From positions 41,478,001 to 41,542,000 of the forward strand of contig CM022670.1 in NCBI GenBank assembly GCA_012295275.1: a DNA stretch of 64,000 bases. The letters run 5' to 3'. Positions within the stretch are counted from its first letter, which is position 1. Each line of letters starts with the position of its first letter. Positions 27,901 through 38,885 of this stretch are shown here, one piece after another. This DNA comes from Chrysomallon squamiferum (Eukaryota > Animalia > Mollusca). The position numbers were made by a program, and so were the translations under genes. The notes beneath the pieces are model-generated. The model was not told where the DNA came from. It did no database searches and saw only the letters and a program-made list of their open reading frames with translations.

Positions 27901-29414
27901 ATGGTCCCCTGACCAGTTCGTCTGCGAGCTCTGCTCCTATCACAGCCACTAATCTGACAGCTACTAATCTAACCATTGGTTCAGTCACTAGTCCTGCCAC
28001 AGCTGGCACCAATGGTTCAAACAGTAGCAGCAAAAGCAAAGAAGGGTTTGAACGTCATACCTGGAGATGGAAGGAGCCAGCCAACTCCTCCAGGGTGTCC
28101 TGTGAGATCTGCAACAAGGAGCTGTGTAACAAGTACTTTCTGAGAACTCACAAACTCAACAAACACGGAATCATCCCCAGCGTTGGCAGCAACTCTCCGG
28201 CTCCCTCAGATTCAGAGACTGCCAGCAACGCATCGTCTAGTGAGAAACCTGATATTGGCAGCCAAGAGAAGAACGGGCAGACTCCATCTCACACTCCAAA
28301 GCAAGACCACTCGCCACTGCCCTCACCAGACAAACCAGATAAACCTTCCAGTTTGTTTAAACCAACCCAGCTGTTCAAATTCAAAACCGATGACGACATT
28401 CTCAGTAATCGCAGCTACAACAGCTTTGCTGAGATCTGCAACATCTGTGACCGGAGATTCAAAAATGACCACTGGCTAAAGGCACATATTGTCAAGGACC
28501 ATGGAGGCTGGCCCATGATGGACATGTACAAATTTGGATCCTCCACCCCACCCATTGACACATCTTCCATCCTAGGAGTCCCTGACCCAAAAACCTGTCA
28601 GGTGTGTGGTCTTCAGTTTCCCAGTGAACTGTCCATGCAGCTTCACCTCATCCAGGAGCATAATGCCCAGGTGACTCTGAAGGAGGATGGAGATATGTCT
28701 GGTAGTGGTGATGAATCAATGGTGACAGATTTCAACTATGGACTTGGATTTAAAAAACGGGTATCTAGGACAGACAAGCTGAAGATGTACGTATGTCTGT
28801 TCTGTGACTTCAAGACTAAGTGGATCTCCAACCTTTATGATCATGAAGAGACTGTGCATAATGTATATAATAAAAGTTCTAAGTTGTGTCCTAAGTCATT
28901 CCCTAGTAAACTTGAAGTGCTGAACCGTCATGGAGACAAACCTCTTGATACCTCAGGGAGTAGTAGGAAGGTGAGGCCAAACCGAAGATTTCGCTGCGTC
29001 ATTTGTGCTGAGAGGTTCCCGTCACGAGCTGTCTGCAACAAGCACCTGAGACAGGTACACATTCGAAGTCTCAAAGACTTCAGTCCTCCAGTGAAGTCCA
29101 AGCTGTTCTGTTCTCAGTGCAAGTTCACCACATCGTATCCGCGACTGCTGCAGCATCACATGGGTCGACACCACGACAGGAGACGGCTGAAGAACCTCAA
29201 CGAGACGGATACGTGTGATGACAGTGAGACAATAGTCAGCAGGAAGGAGGCTGTGGTCAACAACGTTGACGATGCCCCTGTCATCCAGAGTTTCAATCTG
29301 GATGTGAAAATGCCTGACAGTATTTTCTTGCCAGCAGTGGCCAGGATGCCAGTTCGTGAAAAGGTGGACAAGGTGATGGCTGTAACCTTCGTATTAACAC
29401 CTGTTAACCCTTAA
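24987..29414 (+). CDS. Large dispersed multi-C2H2 zinc-finger protein (1475 aa), putative transcriptional repressor/corepressor scaffold; whole CDS in one exon
   Basis: Only long ORF in the window, with higher GC than the flanks. First in-frame ATG is at 24987 in good Kozak context (accATGa). 13 C-x2-C-x12-H-x4-H fingers start at 25176, 25476, 26004, 26535, 26763, 27054, 27420, 28101, 28437, 28596, 28794, 28995 and 29109. Low-complexity N/S/P/M linkers; TAA at 29412-29414. Confidence 0.93.
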   Translation: MITTSRRKQTKPIRVYEDYGPLVPNPPAAEQFSYSNGSSACQEEVGQQEDEDLPMDLHISIISCSKCPETFPTQDDLARHMSSVHTQPKESEKPKDDDKGYPTAYHRLGREFQQENKFLNGNEEQTAPAGDTPADSHHPDCKELLGEPVNKLDGSRIFHQDAFCELCEREFCNKYFLKTHKANKHGIYENSTSPFSMNSTSGSSPLSMVMPQDVTMQLPISLKIEQPQSKPLQTFPKTEPKLSTTVKLEATKPEVPIQKPPTEVKKEPVLNKHTTINVSAPAVVTSSSSISISNNININNNNNNSSSSSISINNNNNNNNNNNNSSSGTSVPRLDMEDYCEICQKHFCNKYYLKKHKQDVHGIVPENPTTPQSGKRRHIPSSISSLDNQPPMIVSTSSQMILPPPMVNMGLPNMPLNMPGVMVLNPFMPPVAIIPAQTLVPQQQIHSQPPTIISQPLPISSESPMPCSTAASVITTTTSISSPHESSKTEQTSSKMLPSVANDALRGIGVLNAEAYCELCRKEFCNKYFLKVHRANKHGIFSDDLSLPFGMSYEGLDASMLGGIKFPLDMKMEAGSQSSPNTVSNSDSPVTFCNLCNTEFSSKYSYKIHRMNVHGMLNESLFDGSLPDGSDIPMSATDLSSSEGLLKVAAEAHMAELKEAGSVTSSAGDSNATTIFGNMIAAKLADRVICDVCNKELTNKYFLKAHKLRVHGIDLSPQEKAAEAAAAAAFSSGKQTPISSSGMKLPIPNPKDQRDLSIITAEMITQDILQRSQTLNLSKKQHELSHLTPESSTEKPSSDELVKLGIDPEAYCEICKKEFCSKYFLRTHKLNIHGIRTENCEPTTKVSTPFSSAPKNILPKCSLAGSVSAPSTMNNLTSSFHNSLLNSSLFSMAGFNPFGGHGPMPGFPALPGFPGMPSLPGLNLTSSLFGNCSINSHNNSHNNNNNNKIKDHFKENHISISKESSGKSSSKDGPLTSSSASSAPITATNLTATNLTIGSVTSPATAGTNGSNSSSKSKEGFERHTWRWKEPANSSRVSCEICNKELCNKYFLRTHKLNKHGIIPSVGSNSPAPSDSETASNASSSEKPDIGSQEKNGQTPSHTPKQDHSPLPSPDKPDKPSSLFKPTQLFKFKTDDDILSNRSYNSFAEICNICDRRFKNDHWLKAHIVKDHGGWPMMDMYKFGSSTPPIDTSSILGVPDPKTCQVCGLQFPSELSMQLHLIQEHNAQVTLKEDGDMSGSGDESMVTDFNYGLGFKKRVSRTDKLKMYVCLFCDFKTKWISNLYDHEETVHNVYNKSSKLCPKSFPSKLEVLNRHGDKPLDTSGSSRKVRPNRRFRCVICAERFPSRAVCNKHLRQVHIRSLKDFSPPVKSKLFCSQCKFTTSYPRLLQHHMGRHHDRRRLKNLNETDTCDDSETIVSRKEAVVNNVDDAPVIQSFNLDVKMPDSIFLPAVARMPVREKVDKVMAVTFVLTPVNP

Positions 29415-30709
29415 ACTGCTATCTGCATGCAGCCTTCACTCTTCAGTGAACTTGTTCGCATACCTCAGGAATAATTTTTTTTTTGTGTGATGTTTAGGTC
29501 CACAATCTCTGTGAGTGCAATTATTAAGTTAATTTTCTTTTTCTTTTTTTTTTTCTTCTTCTTCTTTTTTTTTTTTTTTTATATTTTTTCTTTTCCCTTT
29601 TTATTTATTTATTTATTTTTTTTAATTAAAAAAAGAATCATTTAACATTGTGATTGACTTCCAAAAAAAGCAACAAGCATGTGTGTCAGTGTGATTTGTG
29701 TGTTCCATTTTATATATAAAATTATATATATATATATATATATATTGTGTGTACAACTATTTTAACAAATTGAAGAAAAAAAACCTGAGATTCTTTGTGT
29801 GAAGGCAGCATATATTCTCCCAGCTGAAAGTACATCATTTATTTCTTGATAATCTGAACATCTGCTTGTTGAGATGATGTACAACACGATGAATAAATAA
29901 GTGATCTACTTTCACTTTCTGTTTGAATCTCAGTATTACAAATAAACACAAAGCATAATAACAATAACAGAGAAACAAATGTTCGGCTTTATTGTATTGG
30001 AAAGCAAACAAATGTTAAAAGAAGGAGAAATCTTGCTCCCTTTTTCCATGTTATTGATTTTAAAAACCCAAATAATTTCCATGTTAATTTAAGCAATTTA
30101 AAATTCCAGTTTTTACCAGAGACTGGTTGATGACATTGCAATATTGATCTTAGTTTTTGATACATTTTTTTTCTCAGATATGAAGTGTTGTGACCATATT
30201 AACTATTTATTTATTTATTTATTTGCAGTGAAATACTCTTTGTATGTTTATCTATCATCTGAATTTTATTATTTTTTTTTTTTTTTTTAATTACTGCCAT
30301 CCTTTTTGCCAGTTTGTGAAAACACAACTTTTAAAAATCATACATGTAGATGAAGACCACCCACTTTTAAAGAATGTTTACAATAAGAGGCAAGCAACCC
30401 ATTAAGTTTGTAAAACCATGTTTAAAATTTATTACTCAGTGTTCTCCGTGTCACCCTGTTGTGTATAAAATACTGTAATTAACAATTATTCCAAATTGCT
30501 TTCATTTCCATCTGTACTTCCAGAAACCAAAACCAGTCTGTCATTTTTACGTATGAATTTAAAACCAAATGTAAAGGGAATTTCTAACAGAAACCACTGG
30601 CGTTTTGTCATAAACAGTTTTCATACACGTTTTCTACTTTAGATAAAATACTAATCTTTTAATTAATTTTATTTACTTATTTACTTATTTATTTATTTAT
30701 TTATCATTA

Positions 30710-30752
<43 letters not shown>

Positions 30753-31040
30753 TTTATAGCATACTTACTTTTTTATTTTAATGTAAGGTCACAAAATTTG
30801 AATCAAAATTTTTGCTATTTTGTTTTTACTGTTAATTTTAAATTTGTTTTCCCACATTGTGTAAACAGTGGCATATGTTGGATACATGACCTTTGACATT
30901 TGAACTTTGATCTTTGTCCAAACATAATGGTTGCCATTGCTTTAGCAAATATTTATTTGCAAAGCAAAAAAGGAGTATTTAAAAAATATCATAAAAATTT
31001 AACAACATTCTATTTATCTAAACTGATAAAAGTACAGTTT

Positions 31041-31097
<57 letters not shown>

Positions 31098-32934
31098 GTA
31101 ATAGTAATAATAATAATTCTTTTTAAAAACTTGTTTTATGCGATGATCTTTTAATAAAGGACATTCTATGAAACATTTTTGTCCGTTCATTCTTACGTCC
31201 ATAGAAATGTCCGTCCATATTATGCAATATTTTCAGACTGATTACTTGCAATGCAAAAGCAATTAGCTACGAGTCTAGCAAATGAATGATGTTCAAGGTC
31301 ACTATCAGAGAACTCAGTTCAAAAATATCAAAATATAAAGAAACAAATTATACACATGACAAAAATAATTGTTTTAATTCATTTCTTTTTATTGTTTTTA
31401 CCTCATTTTTACAGAGTTTCAAACTTACAAGAAACAAATTTGATTACATTTTGTAAAAAGAAAAGTAAATAAATAAATAAATAAATAAATAAAAATAAAT
31501 AAACATCACACACTAAGTTAAAATGTTAAATTTTTATTTTTTTTATAATTTATTTTTTTAAGTTAAATTTCATGAAACTAAAATCAAGGGTGGATCTTGA
31601 CTTTCAGAAAAGTGGAAAGACTACTTCATTATGAAGTAGATATATTTATATAAATCAAGTTGAAAGAAAAAAAAAATGTCATGGATCTCTGGGTATTCCA
31701 AAAACTGCATACTGATGGCAACCATTTGTTTAAATTCTGAGCTTTATAACTGACAATCAGACATACAGACAGTTCTGATTTTCTTTCAGATTTAACTGTG
31801 TTCACTGGCACCATCTTGTTTTACCCTTGTTTAGAATTTTTTAAATTATTTATTTTTTAATATAAAGAAGTTTTCTAAATTACACTTGTTCTAAATCCAG
31901 CCTTAGACTATTGTCTGATGTTTCTGAGTTTGTCAATTTGTAATTTCATAAAAAACAGATCAGAAACAAATATGCTGATAAATTTCTTGAACTGGATGTA
32001 ATATTATACATAATTTATGTACAAGATTTCAGAATTTTTATTAGAAACATTTGTGTGCTAAACTGGTTCACAGAATTGATAATAATCTAAGGCTGGTTTT
32101 TCAATTAAAATGTGAAAAAATGTTGTATTTATTTTTACATCTGATCCTCCTATGATTAACTTCTTTATTTTCCTTATTTATTGTTTTTATTAATTTAATT
32201 TAATTTTAATTATTTATTTATTAATTTTATTTTATTGTTATTTTTTTTTTTTTCAAATTATTGTTATTGTTTCTTTTTCAGTTTGTGTTTTTTTTCTTCT
32301 TCTTCTTCTTCTTTTTTTTTTTTTTTTTTTTGTATGAATATTAAGAAGTTACTTCATATTAATTATTATTATGTATATGGCAATATTGTGATCTTTTAAT
32401 TTATCGTGTGTGTTGAGTGTGTGTGGTTTTTGCCTATCTGGATTGTTAATGTTTTATTTTTTAATTGAAAAATCATCCATTACAACTGTATTATATATAA
32501 TGTATAACTTATAAAATGTAACAGTTTTACTTTTGAGTGATATTTTAATCTCCATTGTAGTTGAGTGCGAGAGAGAGAAAGAAAGAACGACAGAAAGAAA
32601 GAAAGAATTACCCCATATCCTGCCTTTCCCTTGTATGTATTCCTCCACCTGACAGATCCTCATCTCTCTGTCTTCTTTTTTCTTTTGATTCATTTCCAGT
32701 GAGAGTTTTCTCTATGTTGACTACCTATTTTTGATATGCACATTTGCAGCCACACCTTTGCTAGATGAAGTCCTCACCCTGTCAAAAATTAATTAAGGAG
32801 AGTTTTAAAATATATATTATATACACGTAAATACTTCACACTGTATCTTCTGGTACAGTGTGTGCGCGTGAGTGCATCTGGGCAGTTTAGTTGATAAATA
32901 AAAAATGTTTCATTTTGTAGTGAGTGTGTGCATG

Positions 32935-33180
32935 TAATACCAGGAGAAATAATATTTGAAATAACATCAAGGGATTTGTGAATTAACATCAGGAGATATG
33001 TGAAATAACGCGAAATGTCACGAGATATGCGAAAAAACGTGAGACTTGTAGGTGAAATAACATCTGCAGATGATGCATGAAAAAATAACATTGAGACATA
33101 TGTGAAATAACATCATGAGATAACATAAATAACATCCTAAGATATGTGAAATAACAAAAGGAGATTTGTGAAATAACGTC
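32935..33180. repeat. ~22-bp minisatellite (gagatatgtgaaataacatca)
   Basis: About nine diverged copies of tgaaataac. Confidence 0.8.
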
Positions 33181-33389
33181 TTTATTCACCCAGTTGTTTC
33201 CGGATGTAGTGAGAAATTTTCTTTGTTTTATTTTAGACTTGTTGTCAAGGTTTCCAGATCTTGTTACATTCTGTTAACTGAAATATCTTTTCTCTTTTTT
33301 CTTCTTCTTTTGTTTTCTCTGAAATGTAAAATGATAACACTCCACGGTAAATCATTTTTGATCAGTGAACCAATACAAAGTTTCGGAAA

Positions 33390-33605
33390 ACTGTGGGAAG
33401 TGTCACAAATAATTGTGGAATTGGTCACACATGATTGTGGAATGTGTTGTAGTAAAATGTTAACATGTCACAGTTAATTGTGGAGTGTGTCACAGACATG
33501 TGTGGAATATGTGACAAACAGTTGGAGCATGTCACAGTTAAATGTGGAATGTGTCACAGTAAAATGTGGAACGTATTTCAGTTAAATATAGAATATGTCA
33601 TAGTC
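33390..33605. repeat. ~21-bp minisatellite (tgtggaatgtgtcacagttaa)
   Basis: About nine diverged tandem copies. Confidence 0.8.
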
Positions 33606-33639
33606 AAACATGAAATTTGTTAGAAAAAAATACAAGAAC

Positions 33640-33689
<50 letters not shown>

Positions 33690-34005
33690 CACAATAATAA
33701 TAATAATAACAACAACAACAACAATAACAATAGCCAAAAGAATTTCTGTATCTATTTTTGGCAAATAATAGGAGTGTTATAGATTGTTATTGTGTTTTGA
33801 ATCTGACACACACTCAATAAAATCAGTGTATTTAACACAGATTAAATATTTGTGTGACAGACAAAGGCAGTCTGTTGGACAAATAAATAATGTTATAACA
33901 GATGTTGTGAAACTGGATAAAATATTTTATAATAATATTGATAATCACAATCCTGTTCTGTTGCCACTAACAGAAATTTAATAATAATAATATAATAATA
34001 ATGAC

Positions 34006-34051
<46 letters not shown>

Positions 34052-34430
34052 CAGTAATAACAACAAATACAACAGTAATAATAATAATAGGAATAGGAAT
34101 AACAAACTGTAATGTAATAATAATAAAAAAAATTGTGTTGAAGGTATTAAATGCAATATGGAGGTATGTAATTAAACAGGTCTCTGTTTTAATTCCAGCT
34201 AAGCTGGGATGGTTTACTGAAATTTGAACATGTTTGAATGAACACAAGTTTTAAATAGCTGGGTAGGGCAATTTGTTTTTTAATGATTTATTGTAATCTA
34301 AAAGCACGTTTTAGTTTTAATACTGACAGACAGGGACTTAGTGTACATCTATATAGCTTATCACATTAAAACTCTTCTCTCTCTTAAACCTAGACTACTT
34401 TGTAAATTGATCCGTAGTGTATACATTTTA

Positions 34431-34570
34431 ATATGTTAATTAGTAATTTGTTGCTAAAAATAGAATATGTTAATTAGTCATTTGTTGCTAAAAATAGAAT
34501 ATGTTAATTAGTAATTTGTTGCTAAAAATAGAATATATTTTAATTAGTAATTTATTGCTAAAAATAGAAT
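34431..34570. repeat. 34-bp tandem repeat x4 (atatgttaattagtaatttgttgctaaaaataga)
   Basis: Copies at 34431, 34465, 34499 and ~34533. Confidence 0.92.
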
Positions 34571-34720
34571 AAATCTAATGTTAATTATTAAAGATTTTCA
34601 AAAGATATTAATGTACTAGTGATAATAATGTAAAATAAAAGTATTTTTCTCTTATGGAGTGGTGATGTATTTTAAATTTAGTAGTTGTATACTTTTATGA
34701 CACATTCAACATATTTCAGT

Positions 34721-34765
<45 letters not shown>

Positions 34766-35326
34766 AGTTAAGAAAAAAAATTATTAAGAAAAAATGGATT
34801 AATGAAAAACTGATGTCACTTTTATTAAAACAAAAATTATTATATATATATATATATATTTGTAATAGTTTCAGAAGTGGATTTAGTCATGGAACTACAG
34901 GAAATGACACACATTTACAATTATATTAACTATTAACACATTAGGATATAACAATTAAATATATATCATTAAACTGAGCTTTCCTTCTTTCTAAACTTAA
35001 CTCTGTTTTCTAACTTCATCTAACTTCAGGCTTTGTTTTTTTAAATAGTGTAACAGATACACGAGTTGAAAATCTTTCCAACACTTTTTGTGTTTGTTTT
35101 TTAAGCATTTGACATTTAGAAAGTAAACTGGAAACCTTGAACAGCAAGAAATAAAACCTACCACTGCAGTATATATATGTGATATTTATAGACTTTCCCC
35201 ACTGCAAGAAATTTCTCACTTCATGTGTACAAACTCTGTATTCTGACCCTCCCTCAGTTGTGAAGTCTATTTTTTAAAACAATAACAGAGTGAAAGAACA
35301 ACATCCAGCTAAAAGGGATGTGGGTT

Positions 35327-35358
<32 letters not shown>

Positions 35359-37188
35359 CGTGTAGATCTAGTCTTTCCTGGTCTTGGGTGACCAGAACAA
35401 AAATCCAACAAAACATTGATACCTCATGCAAAAGCAAGCGTACTAAATAATAATAATAATAATAATGATAATAATATAATAATATAATAATAATAGAATG
35501 AGCCATATATGTATTATTGCCTGTGTGTACATAACGTGAAAATGACGTGTAGTACATAATGTTAGTTGTTTGTCCAAATCGTAGGGTTAGATTTGTAATC
35601 TCTGTACAGCCTTCAGATTAACCCTTCAGCTGCTAAACAAGTCGAAACACTTCGTCTTTTTGTGTTTTTCATGTGTTGATTTTTAATTATTATTATTTAT
35701 TTATTTATTATTTCTGTTATTGAAAGATTCGTTAGTTAAAGAAAATGAAAATAATTGATGTTTGTAAGCATAATATTGTGTCAAGTTGGAATTTACAACT
35801 TCATTTTTGTTAGTGTTGTTGATTTTTTATTAGATAAAGAGTTGAAAGTTTAACTCTACATCCATTTCTGTACTTCAGAAACAGTGTTGTGAATGTAATG
35901 AAATGAAGACGTTATTTAATAGATTTTTTAATAAAACTCTTTCAAGTTCGATTGTTATTACATAAGATGTTTTTATCAATATCTGGGAAATAACTTTTTA
36001 AAGATTTTTATATCCCTTTTTTCCAGATGGTGGCAATTATTAAAAATACATAATGTATTACAACTATTTAAATTTTTGTACTAAAAGATTATTTTATCAA
36101 AACTTGTAAATTTAAATACTGAGCATGCTAAAATATACAATTAAGATTTGCCTACTTCAGGTTTTGGTTGGTTGTTTATAAATTTATTTATATTTGAATC
36201 CTGCAAGAGAAGTGTTGAAGCTGATTTAATGTCAGCGTTTTCGTTTTATTTTTAATTTATGTTAAATTTTAAAAACTTTATAAAGAGGAGATGCATAAAA
36301 TAACTAACATGTTTTAAATTCAGTTAGTTTAGTTTTGTCTTATTTATTTTATTTATTTCTCTGTCTCGTAATGTGTATATAGCAATATTATATTTAATTT
36401 ATATAACTTTTCATATACCTTAATATGTTGTTGTTTTCTATCCGGGTACAGCTATAAATTGTATGTAATGTTTTTACAATTTATACTTTATTCTTTGTAA
36501 AATAATTGTAATATTAAATTCAATAAATTATTAAGAATAAATTTTTATTTTAAAATTTCTGATTTTTACGTGTTGTACAGTTAATTTTTAAATATTTACA
36601 CTTTTCTATAAAAATTTTAAAAAAAAATTAAAAAAATTATTATTGAAAACGGGAAAAAAAAAGAGAAGAGATTTTATGCATAAAAAGAAAAATGATCAAT
36701 TATAAATTAATATGTATTATCAGTTTTATTTTTCTCTTTATGAAATTAAAATTCCTTTTTTTTTCCTTCTTTTTTTTAAGTCATAAATGTTCTATAGTTT
36801 ATTTATTTAATTTTTTAAATATTCGTTTTCATTATTTTTTTTCTCTCTGTATAAAAATTGAATATATTCCATTCCATTTTTAAATTTATCTGAAGGCTGT
36901 ATGGATGACATTGTGTGCTATGCTATATAGAAATTTATTCATCTTTTTCTTTCAGTGAAAAAAACAAATCAGGGAACTATTTATTTATTGTTATTCTCTG
37001 TGGATAACTGTTTGGTGTGTATTTGTCTTTGTGACAGCAGTATCCTGCTAACCCTAAATTATGCTTTGATGAAATCTTTTTTTCTTTTTTTTAAATGGCA
37101 TAATAATGAAATTTGATATTTCTGTCATAATATTAGTTCTGTTGTCTCTAAACTAATAATTGTCCAGTTTATGCAATGTCGGTTGTTA

Positions 37189-37252
37189 AATAAAATGATT
37201 ATATTGTGATAATTAACAACAACAAAAAAAAAAAAAAAAACCTTGTCTTTTT
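37189..37252 (+). terminator. Candidate distal polyadenylation signal of the zinc-finger gene
   Basis: AATAAA at 37189-37194 with downstream GU/U-rich CTTGTCTTTTT, coinciding with the end of the CpG-depleted domain. AATAAA is common in this AT-rich DNA. Confidence 0.35.
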
Positions 37253-38076
37253 ACAAAGTCATTTTCGTTTGTATGCAATCATGATTCTAATGTTTTGGAT
37301 AATTTTTAAAATAATGTTATATTTAAACTGCCACAGTGACAAAAATAAAATACTTTGAAAATGGTGGAACGAACATATTTTACATTTATTAAATTTAAAA
37401 ATGAATCAGAAATGTTTTTTCTTCTCACTAACGAAAAGACATGCGTTAAATTCACAATCGTAAAATATATTTAAAAATTATTTTTTTTACTGATTCCCGA
37501 ATCTTTCTGAAAGTTTATGCACGAAATTAACAATTTATCCTGTAATATCAATACTTTACATATTCAGGAGATTGTTTAATAATGTATATCCTTGCATTTA
37601 TTTGTATATCATCGTATTCATTTTTTAAAGCGTAGCATATTCTGTCAAATCTCAGCATTAAAAAAAAAGAAGTAAATTTCGAGGGAAAAAATAAAAATTT
37701 TTTTTTTTTTTTTTTAGGTATTGTCAATATTTCCGTGATCGGTGGGCATGACCAAATCGTTTATGTATTAGTCATGATAATTATAAATGGATTGCATAAT
37801 GACATAATTTACTTATTATTACTGGTCTTTCAAAAACGACATTTGTTTTAATGTACGTCTAACTCTTTATTGATATACATATCGCTCATTCGTAATATTA
37901 TTTCAATTAGATATCTTTAAGCAACGGGTGAGGTAACAGGCAATTTTCATAATTGTTTTACAATCTTTGATAATTATTGTATATTAAAAACTGTTTGCAA
38001 ATTTTAGAGAGAGAGAGAGTCAAAAAGATTCGGGAACTTGTAATAAATTACGTTATACAGAAGTCTTTTATAATTG

Positions 38077-38116
<40 letters not shown>

Positions 38117-38774
38117 ACGCGATAATGGACAAGAGTATCATAATAAAAACTGGTTTTCTTCAATTGTGTAAAAATAATATGTGAAAAACGTTTCTAAATT
38201 GTTATGACTCACAGTTCTTGCAAACAAGACAGACTAAAACTTTCCACCATTTTCAAAGCAGTTTTGTTTCTGTGTTCAACTGTTTGTTTGGGTGGGGATT
38301 TTCACAACTACCTTCTAGGCCAGTGGATTGTTTAGAATGCATGATTTTTTGAAGTCACACCCTCAATAGTATCACAAATGAAGTTTTTGTCAGCAATAAA
38401 ACATTTATTTATGATTTATGTTTTAAATTTTGTTTTTTTTTCCTTTTCATTTATGAGTGTTTGACACGTTCTCTATTATGATTGGATCAACAGAAATCAC
38501 GTGATCCTATTTGTATTTTTTTTTTTTTTTTTATTTGACGTTCTTGATTATTATTAATAATAACGGGTTAGTGTTTGACGAAGTAAAACCAGTTATGACA
38601 GACACAATATTGTTAGTTTCCATTCTTTTTTAATTTTTCATTTCTCAAACTCGAATACATTTCGTTAATTTTTGTACTGACAAGAGATGTCTTTATTAAT
38701 TTCAAACTGATAAAAATCACGCAGGTTCTCTGTACAGTTCTCTGTCTTCAGTAATGAGATTATAAGTAAGTGAA

Positions 38775-38885
38775 CTGCGGGTTGCTATGCTAGAACATTC
38801 ATCTTAGCTGTGATAGGTCGTAGGATCAAATCTCAGGTTACACTGTGACTTTGTCAACCTTCGTTCCAGAACTCTGCTATTCAGT
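38775..38885 (+). mobile_element. Second, more decayed copy of the same tRNA-like/SINE head
   Basis: gctagaacattcatcttagctgtgataggtcgtaGGATCAAATCtcag aligns by eye with the minus-strand element at 62 kb. Confidence 0.3.

Noticed and set aside
28870-28935. Fourteenth zinc finger (SKLCPKSFPSKLEVLNRH)
   Set aside because: Lacks the first Cys and correct His spacing; at most a degenerate remnant
25042-29371. Short ORFs overlapping or antisense to the zinc-finger CDS
   Set aside because: Shadow frames of a GC-richer CDS and its trinucleotide repeats; no domain-like content
37224-37240. A-run after AATAAA as the tail of a retrocopy (intronless CDS)
   Set aside because: A-runs are ubiquitous here, no target-site duplication is seen, and the CDS has a normal upstream splice acceptor
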